DNA of 64,000 nt. It comes from an uncultured Chloroflexia bacterium (GTDB taxonomy: Bacteria; Chloroflexota; Limnocylindria; Limnocylindrales; CSP1-4). Where the stretch lies: assembly GCA_963819655.1 (NCBI GenBank), contig CAWFXA010000002.1, forward strand, positions 800,001 to 864,000, given 5' to 3'. Below are positions 35,267-44,935 of the stretch, one piece after another (the first letter of the stretch is position 1; every line of letters starts with the position of its first letter). The position numbers were made by a program, and so were the translations under genes. Under the pieces are notes generated by a model, which saw only the letters and a program-made list of their open reading frames with translations, did no database searches and had not been told where the DNA came from.

Positions 35267-37264
35267 TCAGGCGGGTTCGACGATCGCGAGCCGCTGGCCG
35301 CGGACGACCTGGTCCCCGGCGCCGACGAACAGGTCGGTGACGACTCCCGCATTGCTGGCCGTCACGGCGTGCTCCATCTTCATCGCCTCGAGGGTCACCA
35401 CGGCGTCGCCCGCCTCGACAGCTGTCCCGACCGGCGTGCCGATCGACAGGACCTGGCCGGGCATCGGCGCCACGAGCTCGACAGGACCCGAGCCATGGGC
35501 GGCCGCGGCGGCGCTCGCCGCTCGGTCGACATCAGGCGATGGCGCCAGGTGAAAGGCGATACTCCGACCGGCCAGGTCCAGGTGCACGGTGTCGCCCTCG
35601 CGGACCATGGCCGCGCGCGTCGTCGCGGTGCCAGGTGCCATGCGGACCGCCCGGACGGCGTCCTCCGCGGCCAGGCGCACGGTGTTCGCAGCATTCAGCC
35701 GAAACCCGTCACCGGCGGCGCGGCCGGCCAGCAGCGTCCGAGCCGCCGCCGCCCACGCCGCATCGGGGATGCGCGTGCGCTGCTGCCAGTCGTCCGGTGG
35801 CCAGATCCGTTCGAGGGTATCGGTCCGCGCTTGTCCGGCTCGAACGACCGGCTCGCGGACGAGCCAGCGCAGGAACCGCAGGTTCGTTGTCAGACCCACG
35901 ATCACGGTCGCGTCGAGTGCCGCGGTGAGGCGGTCGAGCGCCTCACCGCGGTCGCGGCCGTGCGCGACGATCTTGGCGAGCATGGGGTCGAAGCGACCGC
36001 CCACGTCGTCGCCTTCGTCGACTCCGGCATCGACCCGAACGCCGTCGCCGGCGGGCCAGCGGAGCTGGAGGATCGTGCCCGTCGCGGGCAGGAAGTCGTG
36101 CTCGGCATCCTCCGCGTAGACCCTGACCTCAACGGCGTGGCCGTCCCAGCGGATCTCGGACTGATCGACGCCGAGCGGCTCGCCGCCCGCGATGCGGATC
36201 TGGTCGGCGACCAGGTCCCGGCCCGTCACGAGCTCGGTCACCGGGTGCTCGACCTGGAGGCGGGTGTTCATCTCGAGGAACGTCAGATCGCCGTGGTCGT
36301 CGAGCAGGAACTCACAGGTCCCCGCGCTCTCATAGCCCACGGCGCTCGCCAGTCGCACCGCGGCGGCGCCCATCTGCTCGCGGATAGCGGCGTCGACGCC
36401 CGGGGAACCGGCTTCTTCGAGGACTTTCTGGTGGCGCCGTTGGATCGAGCAATCGCGCTCGCCGAGATGGACGCCATTGCCGCGTCGATCGAACAGGACC
36501 TGGATCTCGACGTGCCGCGCCCCCTCGACGAGGCGCTCGAGGATGAGCCGGTCGTCGCCGAAGGCGGCCGACGCTTCGCGCCTGGCGGCCGCGAGCTCGG
36601 GAGGCAGCCGGTCGAGGTCGCGGATGGTCCGCATGCCCTTCCCGCCGCCACCGGCTGCCGGCTTGATCAGAAGCGGTACGCCGATCCGCTCCGCTGCGGC
36701 GATCAATGCGTGGTCGGACTGGTCGGCGTCGTCGTAGCCGGCGGGTATCGGGATCCCGAGGTCAGCGGCGATCCGACGCGCTGCGGCCTTGTCGCCCATG
36801 GTGCGGATGGCCGCCGGCGGGGGACCGATCCAGGTCAGCCCGGCGTCAAGGACCGACTGGGCGAAGTCCGCGTTCTCCGCAAGGAAGCCGAACCCCGGGT
36901 GGATGGCATCCGCGCCGCCGCGCGTGGCTGCTTCGACGACGGCCAGGCCGTCGAGGAGGTCGACCGCGTCCGAGCCGGCGGTGTGTGGCACCACCACGCC
37001 GATGGCAAGCTCGGCGCACGTCCGGGCGATCCGCCGGGCGATCTCACCGCGGTTGGCCACGAAGACCGTGCGGACGGAACCGTGTGACGGCGGCGCGCCG
37101 CTGTCATTAGATGGTTCTAACGCGGCAAACGCGTCAAACGCGACACGCCAGCGTCCTCCAACGCGCCGAGCCGGGAGCCGGCCACTCACGATCCACCGCT
37201 GGACGGTTCTCGTTGAAGTCCTTAGTCGCCGCGCGACCTCACTGGGACTCAGTTCCTCGGCCAT
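35267..37264 (-). CDS. Methylcrotonyl-CoA carboxylase alpha-like subunit (biotin carboxylase plus carrier) with N-terminal excisionase-type HTH
   Basis: LSPSEVARRLRTSTRTVQRWI..GRLPA.RVGGRWRV; ANRGEIA, HPGFGFLAEN, GGGGKGMR, ERDCSIQRRHQK, EMNTRLQVEHPVTE, EAMKME. Confidence 0.9.
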   Translation of the reverse strand: MAEELSPSEVARRLRTSTRTVQRWIVSGRLPARRVGGRWRVAFDAFAALEPSNDSGAPPSHGSVRTVFVANRGEIARRIARTCAELAIGVVVPHTAGSDAVDLLDGLAVVEAATRGGADAIHPGFGFLAENADFAQSVLDAGLTWIGPPPAAIRTMGDKAAARRIAADLGIPIPAGYDDADQSDHALIAAAERIGVPLLIKPAAGGGGKGMRTIRDLDRLPPELAAARREASAAFGDDRLILERLVEGARHVEIQVLFDRRGNGVHLGERDCSIQRRHQKVLEEAGSPGVDAAIREQMGAAAVRLASAVGYESAGTCEFLLDDHGDLTFLEMNTRLQVEHPVTELVTGRDLVADQIRIAGGEPLGVDQSEIRWDGHAVEVRVYAEDAEHDFLPATGTILQLRWPAGDGVRVDAGVDEGDDVGGRFDPMLAKIVAHGRDRGEALDRLTAALDATVIVGLTTNLRFLRWLVREPVVRAGQARTDTLERIWPPDDWQQRTRIPDAAWAAAARTLLAGRAAGDGFRLNAANTVRLAAEDAVRAVRMAPGTATTRAAMVREGDTVHLDLAGRSIAFHLAPSPDVDRAASAAAAAHGSGPVELVAPMPGQVLSIGTPVGTAVEAGDAVVTLEAMKMEHAVTASNAGVVTDLFVGAGDQVVRGQRLAIVEPA

Positions 37265-37299
37265 TTCGTCGCGAGTGTCGCATACGACGCGGTTTGCGC

Positions 37300-38112
37300 C
37301 TAGTCGCCGTCTCCAGGAGGCGACCATGACGGCCGCCGCTTCTCGTCGAATGCAGCAAAGCCCTCGCGTGCCTCGTCCGTGACGCGTTGGCGAGCGATCA
37401 CGCGCGCCGTGTGCCATTTCGCCGACCCGTGCCCGACGCCACGGACCTCACGAACGATCGCCTTGGCCGCGCGAACCGCGGTCGGGCCGGACGCCAGGAC
37501 ATCCCCGATCGCGGCATCGACCGCGTCATCGAGCGCGCCATCGCCCTCGACGACCTCGTGGACCAGTCCGATCCGCTGCGCGCGGACCGCGTCGAACCGA
37601 CGCCCGCCGGGGAACAGCGCCCGCGCGTGCGAATCGCCGATCTTGGCGACGACGAACGGCGCGATCACCGCGGGGAGGATCCCCAATCGCGTCTCCGTGA
37701 ACCCGAACCGGGTGCCGCTCTCGGCGATCACGAGATCGGACACGGCGCACAGGCCCATCCCGCCGCCGAGTGCCGCACCGTGGACGCGGGCGATCACCGG
37801 CACAGGACAGGTGTCGATGGCCTCGAACATGTCGGCCATCGCCATCGCATCCTGCTCGTTGCCCTCGACGTCGAGTGCCATCGCTGCGCGCATCCACGAA
37901 ACGTCAGCACCAGCGCAGAACGATGGTCCGTCGCCCGCCAGCACCACGACGCGGAGCCGGTCGGCGTCCTCCCGCGCGAGACCGGCAAACGCCGCGCGGA
38001 GTTCGGCGATCACCGACGCGTCGAAGGCGTTGTGGACATCGGGTCGAGCGAGCGTCACGCGTGCGACGACGCCGTCGGGACCGGAGCGCTCGAGACGCAG
38101 GGCCGGGCTCAC
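37300..38112 (-). CDS. Enoyl-CoA hydratase (methylglutaconyl-CoA hydratase, LiuC-like)
   Basis: RPDVHNAFD, FCAGAD, GAALGGGMGL, FTETRLGILPA; TACCAT 6 nt before GTG. Confidence 0.9.
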   Translation of the reverse strand: MSPALRLERSGPDGVVARVTLARPDVHNAFDASVIAELRAAFAGLAREDADRLRVVVLAGDGPSFCAGADVSWMRAAMALDVEGNEQDAMAMADMFEAIDTCPVPVIARVHGAALGGGMGLCAVSDLVIAESGTRFGFTETRLGILPAVIAPFVVAKIGDSHARALFPGGRRFDAVRAQRIGLVHEVVEGDGALDDAVDAAIGDVLASGPTAVRAAKAIVREVRGVGHGSAKWHTARVIARQRVTDEAREGFAAFDEKRRPSWSPPGDGD

Positions 38113-38205
38113 CGCCGCATGGTACCGACAGCCGGCGCGTCGGATTCGCGAACCTCCGGTGCCACCAGACACCGAATCACCCCACCAGACAGGTACATTT
38201 CACCC

Positions 38206-38706
38206 ATGGGTCCCGCGAACCCGTGGTCTCCGAACTGGCGGCCCGACCCGACCGGCCGTCGCGCCATCGCGATCCGGTCGAGTCGTCGCGGGGCGCTGCT
38301 GGCCGGCGTGCTGCTCTGGCCACTCGTCCTGCTCGCGACACTGACGACACCCGGCGCGCTCGAGGCCGACGTCCGGCAGGTCGTCCTGGTCGCAGCTTTG
38401 TCGTGGCCGGGCCTGGCGCTGCTCGGCGCGGGGCTCGCCCCAGCCGCCCTCGGTTCCCGGATCGACGCGACAGTGGCGGGGATCGCACTGGGCATCGGCG
38501 CCCCGATCGCCGCCATCACGTCGGCCCTCATCGGGGTCGCCATCATCGCGTCGATCTCGAGCACCGGCGCGGGTGTCGGTGAAGCGCTCGGGATGACGAT
38601 CCGCCTGGGCGTGCTCGGCGCCCTGCGCTGGTCGCCGCTGCTGGTCGTCGTAGTGGTCGTCTGGCTCGTGGTCGTTCGGCAGACGGAGCGCCGACGGACC
38701 GATTAG
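38206..38706 (+). CDS. Hypothetical membrane protein (about 4 TM)
   Basis: Four hydrophobic segments; TACATT 6 nt before ATG; fills the gap between genes. Confidence 0.65.
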   Translation: MGPANPWSPNWRPDPTGRRAIAIRSSRRGALLAGVLLWPLVLLATLTTPGALEADVRQVVLVAALSWPGLALLGAGLAPAALGSRIDATVAGIALGIGAPIAAITSALIGVAIIASISSTGAGVGEALGMTIRLGVLGALRWSPLLVVVVVVWLVVVRQTERRRTD

Positions 38707-39467
38707 TCGAGGACCGCCACCGCATCGCCGACGCGGACGCGGCCCGGCTGAGCGACATCGGCGAGGACCCCGAAATCCGCGTGCTTGCCCTCGCGCAGTC
38801 CGCGATAGGCGATGAGTGTGCGCAGCGTGTCGAGGTCACGGGTCCCGCTCTCCGGGTCCTGGGTCGTGATCGCGCAGCGTGCATCGGGCTTGGTGACCTG
38901 CAGCACGGCGTCACCGATGGCGATCCGGTGACCGATCCAGGTGTCCTCCTCGTGCGGCTCGGCATCCTCGAGATCGATGAGCATCCGGAAACGCCGGCCA
39001 TCCACAGACTCGACTCCAGCGTGGTGAGCGAGCTCCCTCAGCGAGCCGTCCGAGATGATGCTTGTCGGGTTGCCGCTCCGCGTGCCGCCCGGCCGGTCGC
39101 AGCGAATGACCCGGATCGGTCGACCGGCGAACGACGCGATCGCCTCGGCCCACGGGCCGATGACGACGCGGCCGACTCCGGTCCTGCCATGGACCGGCGT
39201 CTCGACCGGCTCGCCCAGCCCGACCTCCTCCTCGATGACGGTCCCGTCCGGGAACCGCATCCAGAGCGTCATGCCCGCCGGGTCCGTATGCGTCGAGATC
39301 TTGACGAGCGGGCCGACGATCAATCGATCGACCAGGCGGTTCGCGTCGTCGGTCAGGAAGAACCGCCGATCCTCGACCACGCCGACTTCGGTGATGTCGA
39401 TCTCGTCGGGGTGCTCGAGACCCATGCTGCGGACGGGAGAGATCGAGAAACGGGCGACGCGTGGCAC
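38703..39467 (-). CDS. MOSC domain protein (YcbX/mARC-like)
   Basis: SPVRS, DRRF, RRFRMLI, EEDTW, ARCAITTQDP.SG.RD. Confidence 0.88.
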   Translation of the reverse strand: MPRVARFSISPVRSMGLEHPDEIDITEVGVVEDRRFFLTDDANRLVDRLIVGPLVKISTHTDPAGMTLWMRFPDGTVIEEEVGLGEPVETPVHGRTGVGRVVIGPWAEAIASFAGRPIRVIRCDRPGGTRSGNPTSIISDGSLRELAHHAGVESVDGRRFRMLIDLEDAEPHEEDTWIGHRIAIGDAVLQVTKPDARCAITTQDPESGTRDLDTLRTLIAYRGLREGKHADFGVLADVAQPGRVRVGDAVAVLD

Positions 39468-39505
39468 GCGCCGATGCTACCGGACGACGATCGCCGCGAC
39501 GCGCC

Positions 39506-40120
39506 TCACCGTAGCCCGACGCTCGCAAGCTCCGCCTTCGCCAGTCGCCCGTACTGGCCAGCCGCGTAATCGCCGAAGGGGTCCGAGGTGTAGTCGAGCA
39601 GCTCGGGATACGTCAGTCGATTGATCGCCCGCGTCGCGAGAGCGCGTTGCATCATCGCCGTGGAGACATCGACCGGTGCGCGCCGGATGGCCCGATGCGC
39701 GGCGCGGACCGTCGCGAGGCGGTCCGCTCGCCATGGGAGGTAGCGCGCCAGCCACGGGACGAGCATCACGGCAACGACCAGCAACCCGAGGAGCCGGGCG
39801 ATGAAGATCAGCAACGCCTCGAGCTCCTGGCCGGCCTGGACGATCGGCGCGCCGGCGGTGTCGAACGCGCCGGTCGCCAGCGAATCGATGCCCGCACCGA
39901 TGACGGGGACCCCGTTGAGGGCGTCGCCCAGCTGAGCGCCGGCGCCCTGGATGTTCCTGCCGCCGCCCTGGAGGACCCGGCCGGCCTCGGCGAAGCCCGA
40001 GATCGCGTCATGGATGCGCACGCCGATGACCACCCAGAGCGCCACCCAGGCCCATGTCGCCAGGTCGGCGATCAGCTCACGGGTCCTGGCCGTCCCGACC
40101 TCGCTGTAGAACTTGAGCAT
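39506..40120 (-). CDS. Hypothetical membrane protein
   Basis: Two TM regions; RELIADL..W..LW, LATRA, LAKAEL..GLR; GGAGG RBS. Confidence 0.75.
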   Translation of the reverse strand: MLKFYSEVGTARTRELIADLATWAWVALWVVIGVRIHDAISGFAEAGRVLQGGGRNIQGAGAQLGDALNGVPVIGAGIDSLATGAFDTAGAPIVQAGQELEALLIFIARLLGLLVVAVMLVPWLARYLPWRADRLATVRAAHRAIRRAPVDVSTAMMQRALATRAINRLTYPELLDYTSDPFGDYAAGQYGRLAKAELASVGLR

Positions 40121-40135
40121 CCCGATCCTCCCTGG

Positions 40136-41734
40136 TCACATCCGGAAGACGCCGAATCGTGTTTCGGGTATCGGCGCGTGGAGCGCCGCCTCGAGGCCAA
40201 GGGAGAGGACGCGCCGCGTGTCCACCGGGTCGATGATCCCGTCGTCCCAGAGCCTGGCCGTCGCGAAGTACGGTGAACCCTCGCGCTCGTATGTCTCGAG
40301 GATCGGCGCCTCGAAGGCGTCGCGCTCCGCGTCGTCGGCGAAGTCGCCCCGGACGGTCGACAGGACGCGGGCCGCCTGTTGGCCGCCCATGACCGAGATG
40401 CGGGCGTTCGGCCACGACCACAGGAACCTCGGCTGGTAGGCCCGACCGCTCATCGCGTAGTTCCCGGCCCCGAACGACCCGCCGATCAGGATCGTGAACT
40501 TGGGGACCTCGGCGGACGCCACCGACATCACCAGCTTCGCCCCGTCCTTGGCGATGCCGGCCTCCTCGTACTCGCGACCGACCATGAACCCCGTGATGTT
40601 CTGCAGGAAGACCAGCGGGATGCGCCGCTGGCAGGCGAGCTCGATGAAGTGGGTGCCCTTCAGCGCCGACTGGCTGAACAGGATCCCGTCGTTCGCAAGG
40701 ATCCCGATGGGCACCCCGTCGACGTGCGCGAAGCCCGTGACGAGGGTCTCGCCGTACAGCGGCTTGAACTCGTGGAACCGCGACCCATCGACGAGGCGGG
40801 CGATGATCTCGCGGACCGGCACGGGCCGGCGCGGGTCGGCGGAGACGGCGCCGTACAGGCCCGCCGGGTCGACTTTTGGCGCCTCCGGAGCTCGGCGGTC
40901 CCACGGCGCGGGCGGCGAGGGACGGTTGAGGTTTGCGACGATCGACCGGCCGAGCGCGAGCGCGTGCTCGTCATCGAGCGCCTCATGGTCGGCGACGCCG
41001 GAGCGGCGTGTATGGACCTCCGAGCCCCCGAGCTCCTCGGCCGTGACGTCCTCGCCGGTCGCCGCCTTCACCAGCGGCGGCCCGCCCAGGAAGATCGTGC
41101 CGGTGCCCTTGACGATGACGGTCTCGTCGCTCATCGCCGGCACGTAGGCGCCGCCGGCGGTGGATGAGCCCATGACCAGAGCGACCTGCGGGATGCCGAC
41201 CGCCGACATCCGGGCCTGGTTGTAGAAGATCCGTCCGAAGTGATCGCGGTCGGGGAACACGTCGGCCTGGAGCGGCAGGAACGCGCCGCCGCTGTCGACG
41301 AGGTAGATGCACGGCAGGTGGTTCTCGAGGGCGATCTCCTGGGCACGGAGATGCTTCTTGACCGTCATCGGGTAATAGGTGCCGCCCTTGACCGTCGCGT
41401 CGTTGGCCACGACGACGCACGTCGTGCCCTCGATCCGCCCGATGCCGGTGACGATGCCGGCCCCGGGCGCGTCGTCGTCGTACAGCCCGTTGGCGGCCAA
41501 TGGGCTCAACTCGAGAAAGGCCGACCCGGGATCGAGCAGGTGGTCGATGCGGTCGCGGACCGGAAGCTTGCCGCGCTCCCGGTGGCGCTCGATCGAGCGA
41601 TCGTCGCCGCCGGCGCCTCGGTCGGCGAGCTCCGACTGCCGTCGGCGGAGGTCCTCGACCAGGGCGGCCATCGCGTCGTGGTTGGCGCGGGTGTCTGCGG
41701 CGGCAGGGTCCAGCCGGCTGCGCAGGACGGGCAT
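40136..41734 (-). CDS. Methylcrotonyl-CoA carboxylase beta (carboxyltransferase) subunit, LiuB-like
   Basis: [60 protein letters not shown]. Confidence 0.95.
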   Translation of the reverse strand: MPVLRSRLDPAAADTRANHDAMAALVEDLRRRQSELADRGAGGDDRSIERHRERGKLPVRDRIDHLLDPGSAFLELSPLAANGLYDDDAPGAGIVTGIGRIEGTTCVVVANDATVKGGTYYPMTVKKHLRAQEIALENHLPCIYLVDSGGAFLPLQADVFPDRDHFGRIFYNQARMSAVGIPQVALVMGSSTAGGAYVPAMSDETVIVKGTGTIFLGGPPLVKAATGEDVTAEELGGSEVHTRRSGVADHEALDDEHALALGRSIVANLNRPSPPAPWDRRAPEAPKVDPAGLYGAVSADPRRPVPVREIIARLVDGSRFHEFKPLYGETLVTGFAHVDGVPIGILANDGILFSQSALKGTHFIELACQRRIPLVFLQNITGFMVGREYEEAGIAKDGAKLVMSVASAEVPKFTILIGGSFGAGNYAMSGRAYQPRFLWSWPNARISVMGGQQAARVLSTVRGDFADDAERDAFEAPILETYEREGSPYFATARLWDDGIIDPVDTRRVLSLGLEAALHAPIPETRFGVFRM

Positions 41735-41780
41735 GGCGCCGATGATAGGTCGCCGGCTGGGTGCCAGGTTCCGGATGCTT

Positions 41781-41832
41781 GGCCCAGGTGCCCGGCCCAG
41801 GTGCCCGACCCAGGTGCCCGACCCGGGTGCAT
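41781..41832. repeat. 13-bp tandem repeat, four copies, intergenic
   Basis: GGCCCAGGTGCCC x2, GACCCAGGTGCCC, GACCCGGGTGCAT. Confidence 0.85.
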
Positions 41833-41958
41833 TGACGTGACCCAGTCTGAGCCCTTGGGTCGCGACGTCGGCACCCCGATCGCCGATATGGTCGTGTGCT
41901 GATCACCGATCGGCCTGGGGGGGCGGAACCGCGCGGGAGGCAGCGACGTCGGGCGCCC

Positions 41959-42423
41959 ATGCTCGTACGGATCGCAAGATTCGCTCTCTTCGTTTCGATC
42001 GGGGCCGCGCTCCTTGGGTGTTCACCGGCGGCCGTCGCGTCGCTCCTTCCCGCGGCCGCAGGCCCGCTCGTCATGGTCACGACCCATGGCGGTGAGTGCG
42101 TCGACGGACCGTGCGGGTCGACGACCGTCATCGAACGCGACGGGCGCATCCATCAGACCGCGCCGGCGGCCGCCGAGCTCGGCACGGTGCCTGCCGACGT
42201 CCTGAGCGCGCTCGACGTGGCGGTCAAGGCGACCGATTTCGACGCCATCCGAGCTCGACCGTTCACCGGGGAATGCCCGGTCGCGTTCGACGGCCAGGAG
42301 TTCATCTACGAGTTCGGCGCGCCCACAGGCGTCGAGCGCATCGCGTCCTGCGAGACCGAGATCGACCCGGACAACCCACTGTTCGCGGCCACGACGGCAG
42401 CGCTCGCGGTCGTTGACCGCTAG
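41959..42423 (+). CDS. Putative lipoprotein
   Basis: LLGC lipobox; GGECVDGPC, GECPVAFDG and ASC cysteine motifs. Confidence 0.7.
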   Translation: MLVRIARFALFVSIGAALLGCSPAAVASLLPAAAGPLVMVTTHGGECVDGPCGSTTVIERDGRIHQTAPAAAELGTVPADVLSALDVAVKATDFDAIRARPFTGECPVAFDGQEFIYEFGAPTGVERIASCETEIDPDNPLFAATTAALAVVDR

Positions 42424-42435
42424 GTCCCGTCGGCG

Positions 42436-43366
42436 TCAGCCGAGGACGTCGCCGAGCGCGGCGTCGATCGTCGTGTAGCGGAATTCGTAGCCGAGCGCGC
42501 TCGCCCTGGCTGGCGCCACGCGCCGCGATCCGAGCAGAAGTACTGCCTGCTCGCCGAGCACGAGGCGGACGAGCCAGGCCGGGGCAGGGAATCGCGCCGG
42601 CCGATGCAGGACGCGCGCCATCGCGCGGACGAAGTCGATCTGGTGGACGGCGCCCGGGCTGGTCGCGTTGAGAACGCCGTCCGAGATGGCTTCGGTCATG
42701 GCCAGCCGGAAGAGGGCGACCGCATCATCGATATGGACCCAGCTCAGCCATTGCTGACCGCTCCCCAGGCGGCCGCCGAGGAAGAGGCGCACGGGGAGCG
42801 CCAGGAACCAGACCAGGTCCGCCTCGCGGGCGAGGACGTGCCCCATCCGCAATCGAGTCACGCGCACACCGAGGGACTCGGCGCGCCGTGCCTCGTCCTC
42901 CAGGGATCGGGAGACCTGGGCGAGGAACTCCGTGCCCATCTCTGTCTCCTCGGTCATAGGTGCCGGGTCGTCACCGGCCGGCGACTCTGCATAAGCGTCG
43001 ATCCCCGACACGACGACGAGGCGCGATGGACGGCGTTCGGTCGGCAGGCGCCCCAGCGCGTCGACGATCGCCCGGATCGGCGTCCACGCGACTCGACGCG
43101 ATGACGGCCTTCCGGCGGCGAGTCCACGGCCACGGCGCGACGCGCGCGCCGGCGAGGCTGACGACGACATGCGCCCCCGCGATCGACTCGGCCAGGCCCG
43201 GCACATCCTCGGCGGACCACCGGGTGAGCCGGGCTCCGGGCGGGATCACCTTCCTGCGGCGCTGCGGATCTCGTGACAGCACGACGACGTCGGCGTCGTC
43301 CGCCAGGAGCGATCGCGTCAACGCACGACCGACCAACCCGGAACCACCCACGATCGCCACTTTCAT
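42436..43366 (-). pseudogene. TIGR01777-family NAD-dependent epimerase (YfcH-like), single frameshift near 43080
   Basis: MKVAIVGGSGLVG..SLAGA..W..SRV in one frame; GGRLGSGQQWLSWVHIDD..LGYEFRY in another. Confidence 0.82.
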
Positions 43367-43398
43367 CGGGACTCTCGACCTTCCAAGCGTGCTACTCT

Positions 43399-43416
43399 GT
43401 CATAGCAAGTTATGAC
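43399..43416. promoter_or_regulatory. Inverted repeat, probable operator of the adjacent regulator
   Basis: GTCATA-gcaagt-TATGAC in the 45-bp AT-richer divergent gap, overlapping ATG 43412. Confidence 0.55.
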
Positions 43417-44176
43417 GCAGAAACTCGCTACTGTCAATGCGCATGAATCGATCGGCGATGCCGACCAGGGCGCTCGCCCGTCCACCGCCGAGTCGATCCG
43501 GCTCGATCTCGCCGACGCCTGGGGTGAGATGGGCGCTGCCTGGGGCGTGACGCCGGCGATCGCGCGCGTGCAGGCGTACCTGATGGCGCGTCAGGAGCCG
43601 CTGACGGAGCGCGAGGTCCGCGAGGCGCTCGGGCTGTCGCATCGAGCCGCGAGCCTCGCCCTCGCCGAGGCTGAATCGTGGGGCCTCGTCCAGCGCGTGT
43701 CGGAGCCGCGGCGGGTCGGCCGACGCGGACCGGCGGGTACGGCGTTCCTTGCCGTGAACGATCACTGGCAATGGTTCGGCCGCGTCATCGCCGAGCGCAA
43801 GAGCCGCGAAGGCGATCCGGTCGTCGCGGTGCTCGAGCAGAAGGCCAAGGAGGCGGCGGCGGCCGCCAAGGCCGACCCGGACGACACCGAGCTGGCAGCC
43901 CTCCATGACTGGTTAACGTCGTTTGTCGTGTTCGTCCGGCTGTTCGACCGAGCGGTCGGTATCGTCCCGCAGCTGGAACCGCGCGAGCTCGAGCGGGCCC
44001 TTCAGCTGCTGGATCGCGTGCCGGATGACACGGTCCTGCGCCTGTTCGATCTGCTCGGCGGTCTTGATGACGACGACGTCCTCGAGCTTGTCGAGACGGT
44101 CTCGCGCCTCTCGCCGAAGGCGGCGCGCCGGGCGACCAAGCTGATGTCGGGCGTCGTGCGGACCGTCTCCCGGTAA
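43412..44176 (+). CDS. GbsR/MarR-family transcriptional regulator
   Basis: WGEMGAAWGV...ARVQAYL..EPLT..EV.EALGLS...SLAL.E.ESWGLV. Confidence 0.8.
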   Translation: MTQKLATVNAHESIGDADQGARPSTAESIRLDLADAWGEMGAAWGVTPAIARVQAYLMARQEPLTEREVREALGLSHRAASLALAEAESWGLVQRVSEPRRVGRRGPAGTAFLAVNDHWQWFGRVIAERKSREGDPVVAVLEQKAKEAAAAAKADPDDTELAALHDWLTSFVVFVRLFDRAVGIVPQLEPRELERALQLLDRVPDDTVLRLFDLLGGLDDDDVLELVETVSRLSPKAARRATKLMSGVVRTVSR

Positions 44177-44185
44177 TCTCGTTCG

Positions 44186-44674
44186 GTGAGCGAACCACGC
44201 GTCGATCGGCCACATGTCCCGGGCTATGGGATCCCGAAGTCGACCAAAGGCGTCCTCCCGTGGTCGTGGGTGGTCGAACGGCTCGAAAAGGCGGAGATCT
44301 ACTGGCTGGCGACGGCCGACGCGGACGGGGCTCCGCATCTCAACCCGATCTGGGGGGCGTGGGTCGACGGCCGCTGGTACGTCGAAGGCGGCCCGACCCG
44401 CTGGAAACGGAACCTCCGTGCCAACCCGCAGATGGCGATCCACGTCGAGACGACGGGCGAGGTCGTGATCGTCGAGGGGAAGGCCGCCGAGGTCGTCGGG
44501 CTCCCGCCCGAGAAGGCGGACAGGATCATGGCCGGCTACGCCAAGTACAAGCCTGGCTACGCGGCCGACCCCGCGAACTGGGCTCAGGGTGGGCTTTGGG
44601 AGCTGCGACCGATCAAGGCCTTCGCGTGGACGACGTTCCCGACCGACACGACGCGGTACACGTTCGACGAATAG
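44186..44674 (+). CDS. Pyridoxamine 5'-phosphate oxidase-like split-barrel flavin/F420-binding protein
   Basis: LPWSW..ERL..YWLAT..DG.PH..PIWGAW, RNLRANP, TRYTF. Confidence 0.85.
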   Translation: MSEPRVDRPHVPGYGIPKSTKGVLPWSWVVERLEKAEIYWLATADADGAPHLNPIWGAWVDGRWYVEGGPTRWKRNLRANPQMAIHVETTGEVVIVEGKAAEVVGLPPEKADRIMAGYAKYKPGYAADPANWAQGGLWELRPIKAFAWTTFPTDTTRYTFDE

Positions 44675-44801
44675 GCGCCGCCGCCAGTAGCGCATGGGGG
44701 ATCAGTCTGCGATTGACCGGGCCGCGGCGGAGCGCCGAACGGGCGCGGACCGGTCCATCGCAGTCCAGAGCGCGCACCGCGCGCCGATCGGTGCCGATCG
44801 C

Positions 44802-44830
44802 TTGGGCGGAATCGGCCCTCGTGACATAAT
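44802..44830 (+). promoter_or_regulatory. Sigma70-type promoter of pdxST
   Basis: TTGGGC-N17-CATAAT. Confidence 0.5.
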
Positions 44831-44935
44831 CCTGACCGCGCGCGAGACCGTGGCCGACTCGAACGGGCGAGGACCCCGGGGCCAGAACCGGCCGGCGGGC
44901 CGAGCGCGGATCCTACCTGAGGAACCACAGCCCAC

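Noticed and set aside
37130-37264. Excisionase as evidence of a prophage or ICE
   Set aside because: The HTH is fused in frame to a carboxylase within a metabolic cluster; no integrase, att site or phage genes nearby.
41781-41832. Possible CRISPR array
   Set aside because: Units are 13 bp, contiguous, with no spacers and no cas genes.
15032-44702. Shared intergenic word ATGGGGGAT at about 15032 and 44694
   Set aside because: Only two 9-bp matches with unrelated flanks and genes; insufficient evidence.
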